Shown: in pieces, positions 58,391 through 64,000 of the stretch
Layout: every line of letters begins with the position of its first letter
How positions within the stretch are numbered: position 1 is the stretch's first letter
Source of the DNA: an uncultured Spirochaetaceae bacterium
Lineage (GTDB): Bacteria; Spirochaetota; Spirochaetia; Treponematales; Treponemataceae
Assembly: GCA_902797305.1 (NCBI GenBank)
Contig: CADBSK010000138.1
Coordinates: forward strand, 18,185-82,184
Length of the DNA stretch: 64,000 nucleotides
Reading direction: 5' to 3'
Program-made: the position numbers and the translations under genes
The notes under the pieces: generated by a model
What the model was told of the DNA's origin: nothing
Seen by the model: the letters and a program-made list of their open reading frames with translations, nothing else
The model's database searches: none

Positions 58391-59371
58391 CTAAACTGTA
58401 TGAATCCAGGTAAGTTCATGTTTATTATAATTTAAGTGAACAATGCGACTTCCGGGAATTTGTGCAAACTGATTAATCACAGACCAGTCCGGCTCCCCCT
58501 GCATTTTTATCGTGCAAATCATATTTTTGCATAATCCGCTGTCGAGCCATTCCTTTACCCATTTTAAAAGCCGCTCTGGATAGCAGATAACATCGCTAAA
58601 AACCCAGTCGCAATAACCAATATCCTGAGGTTTGAGAGTAAATGCATCGTGAGCCATAAACTTTACAAGGGGATTTGACATGAATTCGGGAGCTAATTCT
58701 GCTCTGTCAACGGCAAAAACACTTGCTCCTAATCCAACTAAAACCCATGTCCATCCACCAGGACAGGCGCCTGCTTCAAAACAGCGGTCCCCCGCCTTTG
58801 GTAATTCAGTTCCGTTAAGGAGATTTGCCATCGTTAAACTTTCCTGAATTTTTAGGTAAGCACGGCTTGGAGGATTTTCATGATCTTCTTCAAAAACAAT
58901 CTGACCTGCCGGAATAAACGAAGTAGTTTTTGCAGAACATATCATAGTATTTTCATCTATAAGGGTATAAAGACCAATGGGACTATTTGGAATTTTAACA
59001 GGAAACTTGCGGACTTTTAAATTTACATAAGGCAATTTTTCCTGAATTAGATTTGCCCGTCTGAAAAACTGATACTGATAAGGAGCCCAGCTGCGCTGAA
59101 TATTTTTAAGTGAAGCAGCGGCTTCTCCAATTGATTTGAATTGAATTATTTCTGGTTCAAGCATTGTACAGCGGGACCAGTAAGGAAAAGAATCAGCATT
59201 ATTTACGTCAGAGGGAACAAAATCATCGTAATATATTAAATCGCCGTATTGAGCAGTTGGTTTTGAATCAAATCCCAATCGCCCTGATAATTCTGTTTTG
59301 AGCATACCAGACATTTCTGGATATGCTAAAAATGCACAACCTTTTAATTTTTTTGTTAAATTATCTGACAT
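58391..59371 (-). CDS. SAM-dependent rRNA 2'-O-methyltransferase (RlmM-like)
   Basis: PPSRAYLKIQE, EAGACPGGWT, AVDRA, SDVICYP. Confidence 0.75.
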   Translation of the reverse strand: MSDNLTKKLKGCAFLAYPEMSGMLKTELSGRLGFDSKPTAQYGDLIYYDDFVPSDVNNADSFPYWSRCTMLEPEIIQFKSIGEAAASLKNIQRSWAPYQYQFFRRANLIQEKLPYVNLKVRKFPVKIPNSPIGLYTLIDENTMICSAKTTSFIPAGQIVFEEDHENPPSRAYLKIQESLTMANLLNGTELPKAGDRCFEAGACPGGWTWVLVGLGASVFAVDRAELAPEFMSNPLVKFMAHDAFTLKPQDIGYCDWVFSDVICYPERLLKWVKEWLDSGLCKNMICTIKMQGEPDWSVINQFAQIPGSRIVHLNYNKHELTWIHTV

Positions 59372-59739
59372 GAAGAATCCTTAATCTGATCTTCTAAATT
59401 AGAATCGTTTTCTTCTAAGTGGAGGTGTTCTACATATTCTCCAAGCCGTGCAAAATCCTTAGAAGGAAGAATCATAAATCCAATAATAGTACAGCCGTTT
59501 TCTTCTTTGCTCCACTGAGGCTTACATAAAAGAGACAGACTACCCTCACTGGCAGAACGAGCAAAAGTAATTTTTGCCTCATAATCGTTATCCAAATCTA
59601 AATTCACAGGAAAACGAAATCTAACTCGGCAACCATTCTTGCTGATGTTCTCTAAAGAAGCGGGTAATGCACAAATTTCTGAAGATTCAAAGCGACCTAT
59701 ATCGTCAAAGCGCTTTGAAAGTCTTTCTTCTAATGACAT
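59356..59739 (-). CDS. PilZ-domain protein
   Basis: RLSKRF (RxxxR) and NISKNG (D/NxSxxG). Confidence 0.78.
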   Translation of the reverse strand: MSLEERLSKRFDDIGRFESSEICALPASLENISKNGCRVRFRFPVNLDLDNDYEAKITFARSASEGSLSLLCKPQWSKEENGCTIIGFMILPSKDFARLGEYVEHLHLEENDSNLEDQIKDSSCQII

Positions 59740-59763
59740 AGTTACAAGAGTATAAAGATTTTA

Positions 59764-62700
59764 TCAATCTTTAACAAGCATAACCTTTCTAGTTTCATCA
59801 ATTCCCCCTCCGAACACCCTCACAAAGTACAAACCTCTTGCGCACAGTTTACCAGATTTTGATTTTCCATTCCAGGTAAAGGAGTGTGTGCCTGCCGATA
59901 AGGTTCCGTGCTGTAAATATTGAACAACATCTCCGTCCAAAGTCATTACAACAACGCTGACATTTGAACTTTCTTTTACATCCACCTGAATTACAGTCTT
60001 TTCACCCTGGCTTGCATTAATAACATTATTTACAATGCTCACGCCTCCACGCTGGCGACTTACAGATTTTAACTTGAATGACCACAAATCCAAAGTGGTT
60101 AAATCGCTTTCGTCTTTAAGTCTTAGAGAATACAAAGGTTCTGTTTTTGGATTTGAATAAGTTCCACCACCAGTTGAATCGTTTTCATCTAAAGTAAATA
60201 TTGGATGGCGGCAAATAGTCAAATCTTGTCCTGCACTATCTTTTAACTTAAAGAGGAAACTTACCTGATCTCCGCTGAGCCAGTTTTGAACATTTTCATA
60301 AGGAATTTCAAAATCCAGTAAATCATTCTGAACTTCTACTACCTGTTGATAATAATCCTGGTTTGCCTCATAGGCCAGTGTAGTCAATTCTGTGGGAAGC
60401 CAAATTCTCCAGCTTGAAACAAGGCTTTCTCCTGTAGTTTCATCTGTAATATTCCCGTTATATTCAGTACTCAAACTGTCAGCATCCGGGCTATTATCAA
60501 ACATCGCCTCTACTTTTCCTATTCCGTCATCGGAATAAACAGACGCCTGCATTGTAATATCATATCCAGCATTTAATGAACCATAATTATTCTGTTCTTC
60601 GTTCCAGTCATGTACCGCAATAGAATCCTCTGTATAAATATCGTACATAAAGTTTTCATCGGTATTCTCTGCAACACGATTGTCATAGGCATAATTCATT
60701 TCTACCGCATTTACGGCAAAGTCACTGATACAATGAGCTTCGCCATGAGGCATAAATGTTGAGTTTGCACCATCTTCATACCCTTGAATATAGGTTACAG
60801 AAACACCTGGAATACCTGTTGCAGGGTCGATACTGTCTTTTATAAATGGAGAATAACACTGCAAATAATAATTCTGCAGCTGATACAAGTTTAATTTATC
60901 AGATAATTTGTAAATAATGCCTGTAAAGTGTTCATTTGAGAAGACAACTTTCTTTTGAGACTCTACATAAAGATCAGAAACAACATTATAGGTGCCGTCA
61001 TCATTAATCGTAACAAATCTAAGCGAAGCCGCTGTATCGTTCTTATGCTCTACATAATCATCTGTAGTTACGATGACATTTTCTGTTTTTATTTTTTTAT
61101 TGAAAACAACATAAAGTTCTTCCCCATCGAGTTTTGCAACAGTAATTTCAAATTTAGGATCTACAGAGTCTGTTGTATAAATTGTATTTGCGTACAGAAC
61201 GTTACCAGCAAGGTCTGTAATATATCCCTGACCGTCATAAGAAACTGTAAAGGTTTCTTTTAGCGAATGATTGGTATTTGCTTCAAATGCAATTGAAAAA
61301 TACAGCCCGTCATAAGAACCTGTAGAGTTATAACTTGCAGATGCATCTGCCGGATAGAATTTTGTACTTGTTGCTCCCGGAATAATATTCCTGTCTGCAA
61401 AGCTTTTTCCAGTATGACTCTGTTTTACACCAGTTGCGTAGGTAAAATTACCGGAACAGTTATACAACGAGGAATAACGCACTCCACCGCTGGTTCGTCG
61501 ATTAGTATCCTCATCAAACGCCCTTGAACCACCAAAAATATCTGCTGCATAACTGTTGCTCGTTGTATAATCCCGACTGGTATTCTGCCAACCGATTTGA
61601 GTATACCAAAAGTTTTCTTCTGTAGATGATGAAGAAAAATCATAATCGTTATCCCAGATATGGAACTCTATAGCATTTAATACGGTGATACCGTCTTCGT
61701 GGACTCCAAAAAGTTCCGAAGCATCATCTGTGTTAACTCCGTCATAAGAAATATACGCTGCAAAACCAGGAGACTTTGTATCCCATGAGCCGTACAGTTC
61801 TGTATTAGAAACAGAATCCCAGGAACCAACTGATATCTGTGGTAAAATATGGGCATCATCTAAATCAGAAGAACAAAGAACATTTACACCCCTGGTAGAT
61901 TCAGATACATCTTTTATATTTGAATTAGAAATCCTTGTTACCCTGCCAGAAGGAGCTTTTGCACCGTCGATATAGCCCTTCCAGTGTTTATAGTTTACTC
62001 CGTCAACTGTAACAGTGTCGTCAACATAAGAACAGATTCCAACTCGTATTCTGTGTGTCTGTTCTTCATAACTCTGATTTTTTGCATCAGAAGCTGTAAG
62101 GGCAAACTTTCTATAAAGAGAATGAACTGTGCTGTTATCCTCTACGCCCCGCACATAGGTGTTTACAATTCCACTCTCAAAAGAACTTAAGCCGGAAATG
62201 GAGAATCCAGTATCTCCAGCAGAATTATTACTAATTCCCCCAAGATCAACCGTACTCTCGTAATTTGTCGAATCTAGGTCCACCCCTTCAAGAGTGATTT
62301 CTTCTGAATACTGATACTCAACAAAGTTGTGGCTGTCATAATCAGCCTGAGTTGAGGCATCTGAAGAATGAAGTTCCTGCCCGATACGAACCGCCACAAG
62401 AACAGGAGGACAGTTATCAAGAACAGAAACGATTTTATTACCACTGGTGTAATGAGCAATTCTGTTTTTATGTTCGTCTCTTAATGTTTCAAAAAGGTCA
62501 CTTGTTGCCTTTGGAACGTCAATATACGGAATCGTTGTCTTATGACTTGCCTTTACAGCTCCACTTGTGTCAGTTGTACCTTCCCCACGTCCCATATCGG
62601 TAGACTGTTCATCCCCTGAAGTTTGTCCCGTAGCATCGGTATTCCAGGTTTCCTGTGACTTTAGATAGAAAGAAGAAAGATCTGACTTTCCATCAGTGCT

Positions 62701-64000
62701 GATCGTACATTCTTTATCATACCAGGTAGAATAAGAGCAGCTGGAATTTGTAATCTTTTCACCTGCACGGCTTATTTCGTTATTTGAGTTTTCGATTTTT
62801 ATAGATTCTCCTGAAATTGAATCCTTAAACTCAACATAAATAACATCATCGTAAACCGTATAGGCAATTTTAACCTGAGGCCTGCTAAAATAAACTCCAC
62901 TGTTATTTCCACTGTCCACTCCACCTTCCGAAGCAGAAAGAGAGGCCGTTGCAGAAGCTGTTGAACACTCAACTGAACAATAAGAAATCTCTGCATTATA
63001 CAATTCTGCAAAAGAGTCAGTTGCAAGATCGTTTTTCTTAAGTCGTAATGTCCACAGAGCATCACCTTTTAAATCAACACCATTATTGTAAAAGTTCTGT
63101 CCTACGCTTAAAACCTGACCGTTAAGGCTTGCTTCTCCGCTTTGACCTTTTAGCACACTTGAATAGGTGCCGTCGTGGTCAATAGAAGTTCCATCTGGCA
63201 TTTGAGCCGGCAAAGAAGTTAACGAAGGCTCTGCAGTAAAGGAAGTTCTAAGACTTTCGGGAGTTGTGATATATCGATAAAGCCCCGATACTCCGCTTGG
63301 CGCTCCCTGATTTACAGAATTATCCTCATACATAGAAGAAGTATTTCCGTTTAAGAGAACAAAATCTTTTCCTGTTGCAAAGCTTATACCATCGTTTAGA
63401 ATTACATTTCCATTAAATAATGCAAAGTTCTGTGCTACATATGTATCATTAATAAAATTACAATCACGGGATGGAGCATTTATATATAAATTTTTGCTAA
63501 AGGTAACTGGATTAGAAGATGCCCCTGCACTAAATCCCGCTTTACCATCAACATAAACATCGCTTACAAAGCTAATCTGATTTACACAAGAAATTATTCC
63601 CTTTAGCTGAACACTGCCTTCTCCATTCTGCACAAAGTTTCTTGCAACAAAGTTTGGATTCAAATCAGAAATAGTTCCCGGATTAAGAGTTAATACTCCG
63701 CTGTTTGTTATGGTAATACTTGTAGTAGCGGGAGAAGCATCACTTGAAATATTATTATTAAAAGTAAGATTATCACCATTAAATATTGTATCTACATAAT
63801 GAGTTATGCTGCCATTATAAATCTGGTCTTCTGCAGTAATTATGCTTATTGAACTAACTAAATGCTCAGAACCGGTCAAAAGTGTACCATTTAACTTAAT
63901 TAAATTAAGTCTTGATGTCGCTCCTATTGATTTTTGAAGGTTGAAAGAGCCTACCGCTCCGTCCGCCTGGATAAGAGAATATTCGCCATCAGTATTAGAA
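59764..64000 (-). CDS. Very large putative surface protein, 5' partial, with C-terminal FlgD-Ig-like domain
   Basis: The frame stays open to the window end; C-terminus VVVMTLDGDVVQYL..FTWNGKSKSGKLCARGLYFVRV..ETRKVMLVKD. Confidence 0.75.
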   Translation of the reverse strand, partial: SNTDGEYSLIQADGAVGSFNLQKSIGATSRLNLIKLNGTLLTGSEHLVSSISIITAEDQIYNGSITHYVDTIFNGDNLTFNNNISSDASPATTSITITNSGVLTLNPGTISDLNPNFVARNFVQNGEGSVQLKGIISCVNQISFVSDVYVDGKAGFSAGASSNPVTFSKNLYINAPSRDCNFINDTYVAQNFALFNGNVILNDGISFATGKDFVLLNGNTSSMYEDNSVNQGAPSGVSGLYRYITTPESLRTSFTAEPSLTSLPAQMPDGTSIDHDGTYSSVLKGQSGEASLNGQVLSVGQNFYNNGVDLKGDALWTLRLKKNDLATDSFAELYNAEISYCSVECSTASATASLSASEGGVDSGNNSGVYFSRPQVKIAYTVYDDVIYVEFKDSISGESIKIENSNNEISRAGEKITNSSCSYSTWYDKECTISTDGKSDLSSFYLKSQETWNTDATGQTSGDEQSTDMGRGEGTTDTSGAVKASHKTTIPYIDVPKATSDLFETLRDEHKNRIAHYTSGNKIVSVLDNCPPVLVAVRIGQELHSSDASTQADYDSHNFVEYQYSEEITLEGVDLDSTNYESTVDLGGISNNSAGDTGFSISGLSSFESGIVNTYVRGVEDNSTVHSLYRKFALTASDAKNQSYEEQTHRIRVGICSYVDDTVTVDGVNYKHWKGYIDGAKAPSGRVTRISNSNIKDVSESTRGVNVLCSSDLDDAHILPQISVGSWDSVSNTELYGSWDTKSPGFAAYISYDGVNTDDASELFGVHEDGITVLNAIEFHIWDNDYDFSSSSTEENFWYTQIGWQNTSRDYTTSNSYAADIFGGSRAFDEDTNRRTSGGVRYSSLYNCSGNFTYATGVKQSHTGKSFADRNIIPGATSTKFYPADASASYNSTGSYDGLYFSIAFEANTNHSLKETFTVSYDGQGYITDLAGNVLYANTIYTTDSVDPKFEITVAKLDGEELYVVFNKKIKTENVIVTTDDYVEHKNDTAASLRFVTINDDGTYNVVSDLYVESQKKVVFSNEHFTGIIYKLSDKLNLYQLQNYYLQCYSPFIKDSIDPATGIPGVSVTYIQGYEDGANSTFMPHGEAHCISDFAVNAVEMNYAYDNRVAENTDENFMYDIYTEDSIAVHDWNEEQNNYGSLNAGYDITMQASVYSDDGIGKVEAMFDNSPDADSLSTEYNGNITDETTGESLVSSWRIWLPTELTTLAYEANQDYYQQVVEVQNDLLDFEIPYENVQNWLSGDQVSFLFKLKDSAGQDLTICRHPIFTLDENDSTGGGTYSNPKTEPLYSLRLKDESDLTTLDLWSFKLKSVSRQRGGVSIVNNVINASQGEKTVIQVDVKESSNVSVVVMTLDGDVVQYLQHGTLSAGTHSFTWNGKSKSGKLCARGLYFVRVFGGGIDETRKVMLVKD

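Overview
This window looks like chromosome from an AT-rich spirochete, most likely a gut or rumen Treponema (inferred from lipoprotein style and gene content). Two accessory systems stand out. (1) 2.2-23.6 kb is a starch-utilisation locus. It has four GH13 enzymes (one type I pullulanase, three amylases) and a non-catalytic CBM26/CBM74-like starch-binding protein. All five are lipoproteins sharing an N-terminal module of about 200-250 aa. The locus is interrupted by a Phd/VapC toxin-antitoxin pair and a GH3 gene, and a further GH13 lies at 42.1-43.7 kb. (2) 26.9-41.9 kb is a visibly more AT-rich minus-strand island that looks like an undescribed RiPP cluster. It encodes an IucA/IucC (NIS synthetase)-like enzyme, a pseudo-radical SAM protein retaining RRE-like and SPASM parts, an intact TIGR04133-like radical SAM/SPASM enzyme resembling tyramine-excising spliceases, a C39 peptidase ABC exporter with HlyD, and four secreted S41 peptidases with near-identical 3' DNA ends. 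It also encodes six double-glycine precursor peptides, five of them absent from the ORF track, whose hypervariable cores all contain Tyr. The rest is housekeeping (PTS IIA, IMP cyclohydrolase-like, prfA, prmC, RND pump, Rel, U32, metA, RlmM-like, PilZ, a giant partial surface protein) plus several structured intergenic repeats. No rRNA, tRNA, CRISPR array, integrase or transposase was recognised. Family assignments come from motif recognition by eye, not database searches.
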